From an uncultured archaeon (lineage in GTDB: Archaea; Asgardarchaeota; Lokiarchaeia; Sigyniarchaeales; SOKP01), in assembly GCA_964508365.1 (NCBI GenBank), contig CAZDTP010000007.1, positions 43,507 through 107,506 on the forward strand: DNA of 64,000 nucleotides, read 5' to 3'. The translations under genes and the position numbers were made by a program. The notes beneath the pieces were generated by a model. That model was not told the origin of the DNA. It saw nothing but the letters and a program-made list of their open reading frames with translations, and did no database searches. How positions within the stretch are numbered: position 1 is the stretch's first letter; each line of letters opens with the position of its first letter. Of this stretch, positions 40,606 to 50,435 are shown one piece after another.

Positions 40606-41491
40606 AAATTAAGAGGAAAATTGAGAACCCACCATAATGTACTAACAATGAGACTATTAGCGAATTTTCAATTTTCAATTTTTTATTAATACTTAAATTA
40701 TATGTTAATAACCACAAAGACCACATTTGAAATAAAATCATAAGTACATAGTCTAACACTCTAATATATGAATAATCTAGAGAATCCGTTGAGCTTAAAA
40801 TAAACCGTAACACTAAGTAAATATCTAAAGGAAAAAAAATTATTGCAAAAGATGTGAAAAATTTCATTGTGTTCTCTTTTTTCCTATAAATGATTCGAGA
40901 TAGTCCCTCATTTATAAGAAAATAAAGAAGGATGTTACCAATAAATAAAAGGGCAAGTAGAAATTGAATAATTGCCTCAGCACTAGAAAATATCATCAAG
41001 GGTTCGCCGAAAAATAGAAAAAAGGGGAATAAATCGTTCAAACCGCAAAAGATGGAACCAATTAAAGCAATCAGAATTGAAAATATAATTACGCCGTATT
41101 TCCTTTTGTTCTCGTAGTTGATATAAGTTTTTGGAGTAAGGAACATTAATCCTTTTAAAATGGGAGAATTGAATTCCTTTTTGCTGAATTCAGGTGTGAT
41201 AATGGTATCTTTATTGTCAATCAGCGAAGTATAAGCGTGGAGTCCTAATTCCGTTAAAAAATACTTTTTATCCTCTTGCTGTTCAATCAGACTAGATAGA
41301 GTATCTAAATGGTGATAAATAGTACCCGTGCTCACATTTAACTCATTTTTAAGATAAGTAAATGAAGAAAATTTATTTTCTCCTATTATTTTAATTATCT
41401 TTCTTCGTATTTCATGACTTAAAGCATAGTAAAAAGTAGCTTCGGCATCAGAAGAATCAATTTTTTTTTCTATTCCTTCTTTTTCTTTAAT
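40598..41491 (-). CDS. ArsR-type winged-helix fused to a Yip1-like multi-TM domain
   Basis: The frame is open upstream of the track's GTG (41335) and gives YYALSHEIRRKIIKII...SFTYLKNELNVSTGTIYHHL..L (complete ArsR HTH), followed by about 5 TM; start codon uncertain (ATT at 41491 assumed). Confidence 0.7.
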   Translation of the reverse strand: MKEKEGIEKKIDSSDAEATFYYALSHEIRRKIIKIIGENKFSSFTYLKNELNVSTGTIYHHLDTLSSLIEQQEDKKYFLTELGLHAYTSLIDNKDTIITPEFSKKEFNSPILKGLMFLTPKTYINYENKRKYGVIIFSILIALIGSIFCGLNDLFPFFLFFGEPLMIFSSAEAIIQFLLALLFIGNILLYFLINEGLSRIIYRKKENTMKFFTSFAIIFFPLDIYLVLRFILSSTDSLDYSYIRVLDYVLMILFQMWSLWLLTYNLSINKKLKIENSLIVSLLVHYGGFSIFLLISI

Positions 41492-41509
41492 TTTTAGATC
41501 CCTTCCTAA

Positions 41510-41917
41510 TTATTCATGTTTGGTTAACAATATGTTTAAAATATCGAAAAATATTAGAATCGAACCAATAATTGAAAAGTAAAATCCGATTTCTGCATAG
41601 GGGATATAAAGGAGTTCTCTGGGAATGATCTCAATAATGAATATTAAAAAAAATCCAAGTCCTATGAAATTGATTATCACAGAATTAATTTTATACTCTA
41701 TATTATAAATAATTACTAAAGTTCCAACCAAACATATTATTCCGCAAATTAAAGGAAATAAATATAAAAAAGAATCTTCAATTGCTACACTTGTGGTCAA
41801 TAGATATATAATTAATAAAGATTGTCCTGAAAACCAAGACAAAAATTGGGAAATTATCAATAATATCGAACCAACTAATCCTAGTAACCTAAAATCTAAA
41901 TATTTTTTGAAATTCAT
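41510..41917 (-). CDS. Small membrane protein, hypothetical
   Basis: 135 aa, 4 TM; LLIISQFLSWF motif. Confidence 0.65.
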   Translation of the reverse strand: MNFKKYLDFRLLGLVGSILLIISQFLSWFSGQSLLIIYLLTTSVAIEDSFLYLFPLICGIICLVGTLVIIYNIEYKINSVIINFIGLGFFLIFIIEIIPRELLYIPYAEIGFYFSIIGSILIFFDILNILLTKHE

Positions 41918-42039
41918 TATTTTCCCGACACAAGAATTTTTTATTTATATAAACATTCAAATAGTATAAACTAAAATAGTAATATTAATTTAAGTCTTAA
42001 AACACGAGTCTTAAATATACAAACTTTTTACCAACTAAT

Positions 42040-43434
42040 ATGCCGACTGAAGAAGAAATGGAAGATGATCTAGATTCAATTCCCTTATTTGACTATTTAA
42101 AAAAAGCGATACCCGTCGAGGAACTTAGGGATTTCTCTTCCTCAAGACGCATTGGAAGTATAGATTTTGTAAAAGGGGTTGCAATAGTTTTTATAATAGC
42201 GGCGCATACAGCTGGGGCGTGGCTTGTTCGTTACTGGAAGTTTTTTTACGGGATTGGTTTTGCCTTTCTAGACATATTTGGCCCCTCTCTATTCGTCTTT
42301 CTATCCGCTTTAAGCGTTGTTTTCAGTATTCGCCGCAAAAAGGGAGAAATAAAAGAGAAGATTATAAGGAATAGAATTTTTTCTCGGGGTATTATGATTA
42401 TAGTTATAGCGGTTATTTTTAATTTAGTCTCTATAGAATTTACTATCGAAGGTTACTCTTTTCCCGCAACCTTATGGGGTTGGAACATATTGATGTTTAT
42501 TGGTTTATCGCAAATATTTTCTTATTACGCATTGAAACTTAGTAAAATTGCTCGCGCTATTATTGGTATGTTTATTATCTTTACATCTGACGCAATTCGG
42601 CAATACCTCTTTCAAGGTAAGGAAGCAGGAGACATCTTAAGCTCTATATTACATTATATTATCACTTCTCCTTCTCCTATGACTCCGTTATTACCTTGGA
42701 TTTCGATCTGTTTCTTATCTTCAATTTTTGGTGAATATTTATACGAAGCAATGATTAGTGGAACGAAAAAAGATTATAAAAAATTATTTCGAACATTTTT
42801 ATACTGGGGTTTATTTTTCGTCCTCGTAGGTATATTTCTAGGAAGAAATTCATATATACCAGGGGATGAGTTTATTATTGCTACGGATTTTACGATTGGT
42901 ACGCTACCTTCAAGTGAATACCCTCACATACTTCTTTTATTTGACATGAGAACGCAAATGATTATACCTGAGATTACGTATCCAGGGATGTGGGAATTTT
43001 TGATAAGGGGAAGAGCTCCCAACATGATATATAATCTGGGTGCTGCTCTTGTGCTCATTGCATTATGTTTCTACGTCTTAGATATTAAAAGGAAAATGAA
43101 CAATTTTATATCAATGATAAATTATTACGGAAAGGTATCTTTAAGCTTGTTTTTGCTACATTTTGTTTTCATAACGATATTTTTAAATTCATTAGATTTA
43201 ATTCCTTACCTCATTATAATTTTCGGTTATCTTGGGTTTTGGGGTTTCACAATGTATATTTGGAACGAGTTCTACAATGGTGTAGGATCGCCGGAATGGC
43301 TTATGGTTCAGATTGGGCGAATCGGACAAAAAACTGGAAAAACAGTCAAGAAAGAGATACTTCAAATCGAAGAAGAAATAAAAGGAACGGTTCAAAAAAT
43401 AAAAAAAGACCATGACGAAGGGTCAAAGAAATAA
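42040..43434 (+). CDS. Transmembrane acyltransferase (DUF1624/HGSNAT/AT3-like), paralog 1
   Basis: RIGSIDFVKGVAIVFIIAAH fits the R..S.D..RG.A...M...H motif; FVFLSALS, PLLPWI, YGKVSLSLF. Confidence 0.75.
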   Translation: MPTEEEMEDDLDSIPLFDYLKKAIPVEELRDFSSSRRIGSIDFVKGVAIVFIIAAHTAGAWLVRYWKFFYGIGFAFLDIFGPSLFVFLSALSVVFSIRRKKGEIKEKIIRNRIFSRGIMIIVIAVIFNLVSIEFTIEGYSFPATLWGWNILMFIGLSQIFSYYALKLSKIARAIIGMFIIFTSDAIRQYLFQGKEAGDILSSILHYIITSPSPMTPLLPWISICFLSSIFGEYLYEAMISGTKKDYKKLFRTFLYWGLFFVLVGIFLGRNSYIPGDEFIIATDFTIGTLPSSEYPHILLLFDMRTQMIIPEITYPGMWEFLIRGRAPNMIYNLGAALVLIALCFYVLDIKRKMNNFISMINYYGKVSLSLFLLHFVFITIFLNSLDLIPYLIIIFGYLGFWGFTMYIWNEFYNGVGSPEWLMVQIGRIGQKTGKTVKKEILQIEEEIKGTVQKIKKDHDEGSKK

Positions 43435-43608
43435 ATCTCAATTTAAATTTCGATTTCTAAACAAAATTATTTAGAAATTTCAAGTTCATGCCTTTTTTTT
43501 AACTTATATAATAAAGTTTAAATTTTCATAAGATGAGAATACCTTATAATTTTGTAGTTATTGATTTACAAATAAAATTCAAATTATCAACATGTCGATG
43601 AGCGAAAA

Positions 43609-44877
43609 ATGTCAATTGAAAATGAATTTAAAACAGCAACCGAATCCCCTCATCTCTTTAACTATTTGCAAGAACTAATTCGTTTAGAAGATATCCGAGA
43701 TTTTGCTTCTCCAAAGCGTATCGGAAGCATTGATTTTGTAAAAGGTTTTGCAATAGTTTTTATTATGTTAGCACATTCAGCTGCCATTTGGTTAAACAGT
43801 GAAAATTACTATCTCTATGGAATGCTATTTGCATTACTAGATTTTCTTGGGCCGTCTTTGTTTGTTTTTTTGTCTTCTTTAAGCGTGATATTCAGCATTA
43901 AAAATAAACAAAATTCTCTTCCTCCTAAAGTTATTCGGATGAGAATTTTCTCAAGGGGAATCATAATTATTTTAATAGCAACGATTTATAACATCACATC
44001 TCTAATTATAGAAGCCCCCGAAATTCCCTTCCCTCTCAATTTATGGGGTTGGAATATTTTAATGTTCATTGGCTTTTCCCAGATTTTTTCTTATTACGCT
44101 TTAAAAATTCCAAAATTATATCGCGGGATTCTTGGCATTTTAATCGTTCTTTTTTCAAATCCAATTAGAGATTTAACTTTTGTGCCTGGATTGGAAGGTG
44201 GTAATTTGGTAGTAATTACAATTCATTATATCGTAATTGGTCCTAATCCTATGGTACCCCTTCTTCCTGGACTCGCTATCTGTTTTATTTCTACTATTTT
44301 TGGAGAGTATTTATACGAAGCGATGAATAAAGGAACGCACGACGCTTATGTGGGATTGTTTCGCATTTTCATGGTTTGGAGTATAATCCTAATATTAGTT
44401 GGTATAAGTCTCGGATTTCAATCGTTTACTCGTTATACAATCTTAGGTGGCGTCTCAGAATATCCTAATATTGCATTATTAGACATAGCAAATGGTCAAA
44501 AATTCTTTGTAATACCGGGGATGCCAGAATTTTTAATAAGAGGTAGAGGCCCCAATATGTTATATAATTTGGGAGCAGCGTTGCTAGTGATTTCTATTAG
44601 CTTTTACTTTATTGATATTAAGAAAAAATATGGCAATTTTGTTAAAATGCTAGTATACTACGGCAAGGTATCTTTAAGTTTATTTTTCGTTCATCAAATA
44701 TTTCTCGGTTTGTTCAGTAGTCAATTTGGCATTATACTTTTTCTTATCACGGATTTAACCTATGTAGGTTTAATGGGATTTTGCATGTACATTTGGATGG
44801 AGTATGCAAATGGGGTTGGATCGCCAGAGTGGCTTATGGTAGCTATGGCAAGTTTGGGTAAAAAGAAGCGTAAATAA
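43609..44877 (+). CDS. Transmembrane acyltransferase (DUF1624/HGSNAT/AT3-like), paralog 2
   Basis: RIGSIDFVKGFAIVFIMLAH; colinear similarity to the upstream gene (WGWNILMFIG.SQIFSYYALK, GVGSPEWLMV). Confidence 0.75.
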   Translation: MSIENEFKTATESPHLFNYLQELIRLEDIRDFASPKRIGSIDFVKGFAIVFIMLAHSAAIWLNSENYYLYGMLFALLDFLGPSLFVFLSSLSVIFSIKNKQNSLPPKVIRMRIFSRGIIIILIATIYNITSLIIEAPEIPFPLNLWGWNILMFIGFSQIFSYYALKIPKLYRGILGILIVLFSNPIRDLTFVPGLEGGNLVVITIHYIVIGPNPMVPLLPGLAICFISTIFGEYLYEAMNKGTHDAYVGLFRIFMVWSIILILVGISLGFQSFTRYTILGGVSEYPNIALLDIANGQKFFVIPGMPEFLIRGRGPNMLYNLGAALLVISISFYFIDIKKKYGNFVKMLVYYGKVSLSLFFVHQIFLGLFSSQFGIILFLITDLTYVGLMGFCMYIWMEYANGVGSPEWLMVAMASLGKKKRK

Positions 44878-45097
44878 GGGAGCTATAATGATTATTACTC
44901 TTTATATTTCCTATTTTTTATTCCTCTTTAAAATGCGTATGTGCATTAATTTTAGCATTAAGTAAATTATATATAGTAAAAGTAACAAATTATAAATAGG
45001 AAATATAGTAAAAGTAATCAAACATAAATTGTAATATTTCTCCTTGTTTAGGTTGATAAGTAAGCATTCCACAACCAAAACATAGAACACGCTATAG

Positions 45098-45625
45098 GTG
45101 AAACCTTTGAGTAATACGTCATATAAATTTAAGGTCTGCTTATTCGGCCCTGGAAATGTTGGAAAAACAAGTTTGCTAATTAGATACATTAAAGATTACT
45201 TTACTACTGATTTGAAACAAACCATAGGCTCTAACTTTTTGATAAAAGACATAGAAATCGACCAAAAAGAGGTAAGACTCTTACTTTGGGATATAGGTGG
45301 ACAAGATCAGTTCGCTAAATTGCGTACTATATATTTTAAGGGAAGTAATGCAGCATTTGGCGTATTTGATTTAACTAGTCCTCAATCTCTTTTAAAACTT
45401 CCTGGTTGGGTCAGTAGTATAAAAAAGACGGTGAAAAAATCTATCCCAATGATCATTGTTGGGAATAAGATCGATTTAAAACGCCAAGTTGGGAGACAGG
45501 AAGCAGAAGATTTAGCAAAAAGATTAAATTGTGATTATTTAGAGACATCCGCAAAAACAGGTGAAAAAGTTGAGATTGCATTTGAAAAGATTGCTCGAGC
45601 TTGTCTGAGCTCAGTTGAAGAATAA
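45098..45625 (+). CDS. Rab-like small GTPase
   Basis: G1 GPGNVGKTS, TIGSNF, G3 WDIGGQ, G4 NKID, G5 ETSAK; no C-terminal Cys prenylation motif. Confidence 0.93.
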   Translation: MKPLSNTSYKFKVCLFGPGNVGKTSLLIRYIKDYFTTDLKQTIGSNFLIKDIEIDQKEVRLLLWDIGGQDQFAKLRTIYFKGSNAAFGVFDLTSPQSLLKLPGWVSSIKKTVKKSIPMIIVGNKIDLKRQVGRQEAEDLAKRLNCDYLETSAKTGEKVEIAFEKIARACLSSVEE

Positions 45626-45655
45626 TCTTATATGAATATCTCTTTAATTAAGTAA

Positions 45656-46294
45656 TTAGCTTATTTTTATGTTGTATTTTAGAATTTCCTCAACCAAATT
45701 ATCTAATCCCATGTATCTTATCGAATTTATACCCATATCACTAGCTGATCGGACGTTGTTTAAACCGTCGTCGATAAATAAAATTTCTTTTGGTTTGCAT
45801 CCGGCTATTTTTATGGCTAGTTCAAAAACTTTCGGATCTGGTTTTGTGAGATGAATTTCATGAGAAAGTAAAAATTCATCAAAAATTTCCCAGATATCCC
45901 ACTTTTGTTTCTTCAAGTAGTTCCAATGGCTTGAGTTAATATTTGACATGCAGATAAGTTTAAAGCGGTTTAAAAGTTTAATCCGTTTTATCAAATCGAC
46001 CATTTCTAAATTAAGTTTATCAATGATGCTGTTAAATGAATCGAAAAATTGAGTTTGGTCGAGAGCACAAGCTCCTAGTACTTCACACGATTGTTTATAA
46101 AATTCTTCATCGGTTATTTTACCTTGATGATATATGTCTGATTGGCGAAAAAATTCTAACATTATTGGAGTTTGAGGTTTATTCAACGGAGATGTTGTAA
46201 TAACATCTTTGAAAAACCTACTAAAATCCAAATCGATTATAACATCTCCTAAATCAATAATTATACATTTTATCGTCATTATAATCATCTGCAA
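45656..46294 (-). CDS. HAD-family phosphatase (YihX-like)
   Basis: IIIDLGDVIIDLD, MSNIN, KPDPKVF, LFIDDG..NV..A..MGI. Confidence 0.9.
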   Translation of the reverse strand: MQMIIMTIKCIIIDLGDVIIDLDFSRFFKDVITTSPLNKPQTPIMLEFFRQSDIYHQGKITDEEFYKQSCEVLGACALDQTQFFDSFNSIIDKLNLEMVDLIKRIKLLNRFKLICMSNINSSHWNYLKKQKWDIWEIFDEFLLSHEIHLTKPDPKVFELAIKIAGCKPKEILFIDDGLNNVRSASDMGINSIRYMGLDNLVEEILKYNIKIS

Positions 46295-46313
46295 TCTTAA
46301 TGTATATATAACT

Positions 46314-48374
46314 TTACTTCCTGAAATAAACCTTAGTCGAGAATTTTCTAAATGGTTTAGGTAATTTATGTTTTGGAAATCCTTTAGTGTCTTCGTTTAA
46401 CATTTCAATAAGCTCGCTTAGTTTTATATTGTTAACATTTTTTGATGTTTCCTTTTTCGGGCCTATTGGATGACCAATTAGTCTTTTTCTTACTGAAATA
46501 GTCTGATCTTCTAGCTCTTTTTTCCCGAGTATTATTGTATAGGGAATCCAATCAATTTCGGATTGTCTAATTTTTTTACCTAATTTTTCATTTCTATCGT
46601 CATAATCTACTCTGTAGGATTCTTTACTGAGAATTTCGAGTATTTTCTCAGCATAATCATGCTGATCATTACTTATAGTTAAAATCCTTACTTGGATAGG
46701 AGATAACCAAGTTCTAAATCCCGGAACTATTTTATCTTTATCTCGTATTGCCGTCTCGATTAAACCCCACAAGATTCTCTCTAAACCTCCTGTTGGAGAA
46801 TTATGAAGAATAACTGGGTACTTCGTCTCACCATCTTCATCTGTGAAATTAATATTATATTTCTGCCGTTTGATTCCTTTATTATCGATCATAGACTCTA
46901 AAGAACTCTCTACATCGATTTGGTTAGTTGAGAGAGTAGCACTTTTATTCTGAGCTGAAAGAACAGGTCTTTCGAACTTTAATACGAAGTAATAATATCT
47001 TTCTTCCCATAATTCTAATAGTGCGGGTTGTCCTTCTTTCTGTATCAAATCTTTAATCCAATCTTTGTTATCTCTAAAAAAGTCTTGAGTTGTTCTAAAA
47101 ATTATGTAGGATTTTATTCCCAAATCCTCTAAAAGGTTCTTAATTAAGAAATATTGGCTCTTAAACTCTTCTATTGACGATTTTAAATCTTTACATAATG
47201 TATGCATATCAGGCATTATAAACCCACGTAATCTTCGTAATCCTGTAAGTTCTCCTTCTTGTTCTCTCCTAAAATCATACTGTTCATATTCATACACTCT
47301 CATTGGGAAATAATGAGGTTTTAGATTCATCGAACTAAACATGTCAAACAGAAGGAAATCAGAGGCAAATCTCAATAAATATCTATCACTCCCAGATTCT
47401 ACCCAATATGTTCTCGCTGGAAATCTTGCGGTTTGGGCAGTCAATTTCTTATTCTTTACTGTATACATAATTGGCGTATCGATTAAAATGGCTCCATAAT
47501 CTATTATTCTATCTTCAATAAAGGTTTTAATCAAATTCTTCATGATTACTCCGTTACTATACCAACGTAAATTTCCTTTATCGCTGTTTTCATCAAAATC
47601 GACTAATTCAAACTCTTTCATGACTTTAAGATGTGCGGGTTCGATTCCTTCGTCTTCTCTTGTAGATCCTAATTCCGATTTTAGGAATTGATAAAAATTT
47701 TCGTCTCTTAACCCATTAGGAGGCATTATATTCTTGTTTTCATCAAATTCTATATTTAATTCATTTCCGTCAGTTGTGATTACCTTAAAAACAGCATTTA
47801 CTATGTGTTCTTCGGGTTGAATGTACAGCTTAACATCGCGATACATTTCAGCTACTTCATGGCCAATACAGTTAATTTTAAAAGATTTATACCACCCAAA
47901 TGGAGAATAGCTTGCTTGTATCCCCATATCGTTCAGAATCTTAGATATTTTGGGACAAACATCCATTGCGTTTTTTTCATTACTTAGAAACTTACTTAAA
48001 TGTGCCCAAGGATATACTAATACCTTATCTACTCTGTACATATCTCGTTCTTTTATTAGCTCGAGTAATTTTCTTTCTTTTCCCTTTATCTTTCCATTTA
48101 CGATCTTTTGATTATGTTCTCTAATTTCCTCGTTTTTGATTCTAATCTTTTCTGGAAAATCGGTTATCTGTAGTATGGCTTCTTCTATAACTTTAGCACC
48201 CTGCTTTGCTATTAAATCAGTGTCGTAAGTATCTTGATCTTCTACAGAAACATAAGCTACTAATATTAAGCCCTTCATCTCAATGGTTTTTTTGGGGAAT
48301 GCCTGAGGATTAGATGTCGCCTCTTTATTCTTTATAACTTCAACTCCATCTGAGTGTATTAACAAAATTTTCAT
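46314..48374 (-). CDS. thrS: Threonyl-tRNA synthetase, archaeal type with N-terminal editing domain
   Basis: MKILLIHSD, VYPWAHLS, PFGWYKSF.I.C.GH, FRREQ.GEL.GLRRLRGF.MPDMH, LHNSPTGGLER. Confidence 0.96.
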   Translation of the reverse strand: MKILLIHSDGVEVIKNKEATSNPQAFPKKTIEMKGLILVAYVSVEDQDTYDTDLIAKQGAKVIEEAILQITDFPEKIRIKNEEIREHNQKIVNGKIKGKERKLLELIKERDMYRVDKVLVYPWAHLSKFLSNEKNAMDVCPKISKILNDMGIQASYSPFGWYKSFKINCIGHEVAEMYRDVKLYIQPEEHIVNAVFKVITTDGNELNIEFDENKNIMPPNGLRDENFYQFLKSELGSTREDEGIEPAHLKVMKEFELVDFDENSDKGNLRWYSNGVIMKNLIKTFIEDRIIDYGAILIDTPIMYTVKNKKLTAQTARFPARTYWVESGSDRYLLRFASDFLLFDMFSSMNLKPHYFPMRVYEYEQYDFRREQEGELTGLRRLRGFIMPDMHTLCKDLKSSIEEFKSQYFLIKNLLEDLGIKSYIIFRTTQDFFRDNKDWIKDLIQKEGQPALLELWEERYYYFVLKFERPVLSAQNKSATLSTNQIDVESSLESMIDNKGIKRQKYNINFTDEDGETKYPVILHNSPTGGLERILWGLIETAIRDKDKIVPGFRTWLSPIQVRILTISNDQHDYAEKILEILSKESYRVDYDDRNEKLGKKIRQSEIDWIPYTIILGKKELEDQTISVRKRLIGHPIGPKKETSKNVNNIKLSELIEMLNEDTKGFPKHKLPKPFRKFSTKVYFRK

Positions 48375-48500
48375 GGGATTTTCAACTTTTTCTTCTTCTG
48401 GACAATTGTTAATAAAAAATCCTAAATATTTTTCTTCCTTTTGATAATTAAATATATTTAAAATTGAAATTAATTATTACTAAAATATTTATTTATAAGG

Positions 48501-49121
48501 ATGAGTCTTAATAAGATTTTTTCGGAAATTAATGAAACTGTAGAGAAGCTAGATAAAGATAGAGAAAACATTCTAAAATTATCTCGTATATTAATCCGTG
48601 ATTGTAGTATTGCAATAAAAAATATTCATAGAAAGGAATTTAGTCAATATCACCAGAAAGTCTTAAATATACAAAAAGTCCATAAAGATATGCTACTTTT
48701 GGTAAATAAAAATCCTGGAGTTTTCTTAAAGTATTTAAAAACTCCGGAACAAGAGTATACGGAAGCAATAGCGTTTTATGCTATCATATCAAAAGAACCT
48801 CTTCCACTACCCAGTGATTTAAACATCGATCCAATAAATTATGCTCTAGGTCTTGCTGATGTAATTGGAGAATTAAGAAGATATGTATTGGACAATATAA
48901 GGAATTCAATTTTAGATGATATAAACGATGTATTAGAATGTATGGATGATATATACACTCATTTATTTTCGATCGATTTTCCTTCCGGTTTAACACAAGA
49001 TTTACGACACAAGATAGATCAAGCGAGAAATATAATTGAAAAAACTAGAGGAGATGTATCTATTTCGCTTCAAATGAATGATCTAAAAAGATGTATAGAA
49101 AACAGAGAAAAAAAACCTTAA
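48501..49121 (+). CDS. Translin/TRAX-family (archaeal C3PO) ribonuclease
   Basis: EQEYTEA and YALGLADVIGELRRY acidic motifs, LRHKIDQAR...EKTRGD. Confidence 0.85.
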   Translation: MSLNKIFSEINETVEKLDKDRENILKLSRILIRDCSIAIKNIHRKEFSQYHQKVLNIQKVHKDMLLLVNKNPGVFLKYLKTPEQEYTEAIAFYAIISKEPLPLPSDLNIDPINYALGLADVIGELRRYVLDNIRNSILDDINDVLECMDDIYTHLFSIDFPSGLTQDLRHKIDQARNIIEKTRGDVSISLQMNDLKRCIENREKKP

Positions 49122-49223
49122 TTTTCTGCAATTCTATAATAAATATACAATCTTTCATAGATATAGTTATTAAGAATTGGTTTATTATCTATATTTGAAA
49201 AAATGTAAATGAGCTGAAAAAAA

Positions 49224-49661
49224 ATAGCGAAGAAAGTATTAGTTGCTGGTACGTTTGACATACTTCATCCTGGTCATGTATATTTAATCAATGAGGCTGC
49301 TAAAATGGGTGATGTATATGTAATTGTTGCTACAGATAAGAATAGAAAAATATATTCTGGAGAAAGACCTATAATACCAGAAGACCAGAGGTTAGAAGTT
49401 GTCAAGAGTATAAAAAACGTAAAAGAAGCAAGATTGGGGCGATCTGATAACAATACTCTTAAAACTGTTGAAGAGATCAACCCTGATATTATCCTTTTAG
49501 GTCCAGACCAAAATTATAATCTTGAAACTTTAAAACGAGATTTAGACAAAAAAGGTTTAAGCAATATTATAGTAAAAAAGCTGGATACATATTATGAGAA
49601 ATACGCGCTTCACTCCTCTAGCTTAATCAAAAAAAAAATATTAGAACAGTATAAGAATTAA
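49224..49661 (+). CDS. ribL: FAD synthetase (archaeal cytidylyltransferase family)
   Basis: KVLVAGTFDILHPGH (HIGH-like) lies upstream of the track's ATG at 49305; PEDQRLEVV, PDIILLGPDQ; next to ribK; start codon unresolved. Confidence 0.85.
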   Translation: MAKKVLVAGTFDILHPGHVYLINEAAKMGDVYVIVATDKNRKIYSGERPIIPEDQRLEVVKSIKNVKEARLGRSDNNTLKTVEEINPDIILLGPDQNYNLETLKRDLDKKGLSNIIVKKLDTYYEKYALHSSSLIKKKILEQYKN

Positions 49662-49677
49662 AATCTTTAGTGAGGTT

Positions 49678-50403
49678 ATGTCAAACAAAGGAGAGATATC
49701 ACCTGAAAACTACGCTAATTGGTTTGCTCTCTATCAACTTTGTAAGCATATAGAACATCGACAAACAATTAATATTAGCAGTGTAGAGTTCGGGAAACTT
49801 CTAAACTTGAGTCAGCAAACTGCTTCGAGAAGAATTTACGATCTGGTGGAACTCGGGTGGATTAAAAGAAAAATTGAGAAAAAAATCCAAAAAATTGTTG
49901 TTACCAGAAAAGGGAGTAATGTAATGCTCTTAATGTATAAAAATTTAAAGGAAATTCTTGCGAGCATTGTTATACTTGGTTCTGTTCAGAGTGGAATCAA
50001 AGAAGGTGCTTACTATGTAGCAATTAAAGGATATTTTGAACAATTCCAAGAAAAATTAGGCTTTTTACCATATAAAGGTACATTGAATTTAGAATTGAAT
50101 GATACGAATATTGATTTATTAAGAGAAAAACTAAAATATATCAAACCTGTGATTATTTCTGGATTTAAAGACGATAACTCAGAGCGGACTTATGGAAATG
50201 TTTATTGTTATCATTGTTTTATATCACGCACAGATAATCCAGAGAAAAAAACTAAAGCTGCAATACTTGATATACAAAGAACTCATCATGAAAAAAATAC
50301 AATTGAAATCTTGGCTAAACCTTATTTGAGAGATAATTTTAACCTCAAAGATGGAGATAAATTAATAATTGAACTAAATTTTAGTAGCCAAAATCTTGTT
50401 TAG
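49678..50403 (+). CDS. ribK: CTP-dependent riboflavin kinase with N-terminal wHTH (RbkR-like)
   Basis: LSQQTASRRI HTH; G.V.SG.KEGAYY, F.EKLGF.PY.GTLN, RTHH...IE..A..YLR....LKDGD. Confidence 0.9.
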   Translation: MSNKGEISPENYANWFALYQLCKHIEHRQTINISSVEFGKLLNLSQQTASRRIYDLVELGWIKRKIEKKIQKIVVTRKGSNVMLLMYKNLKEILASIVILGSVQSGIKEGAYYVAIKGYFEQFQEKLGFLPYKGTLNLELNDTNIDLLREKLKYIKPVIISGFKDDNSERTYGNVYCYHCFISRTDNPEKKTKAAILDIQRTHHEKNTIEILAKPYLRDNFNLKDGDKLIIELNFSSQNLV

Positions 50404-50435
50404 CTTGGAAAAAGATTTATGAGAGCTCAATAACT

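Noticed and set aside
44911-45189. 92-aa minus-strand ORF upstream of the Rab-like gene
   Set aside because: It overlaps the GTPase start and promoter region, is AT-biased and has no motif; likely spurious.
49215-49217. Calling ribL a selenoprotein
   Set aside because: The UGA is in a variable N-terminal position rather than a conserved Cys site, and no SECIS could be identified. Kept only as an unresolved start anomaly.
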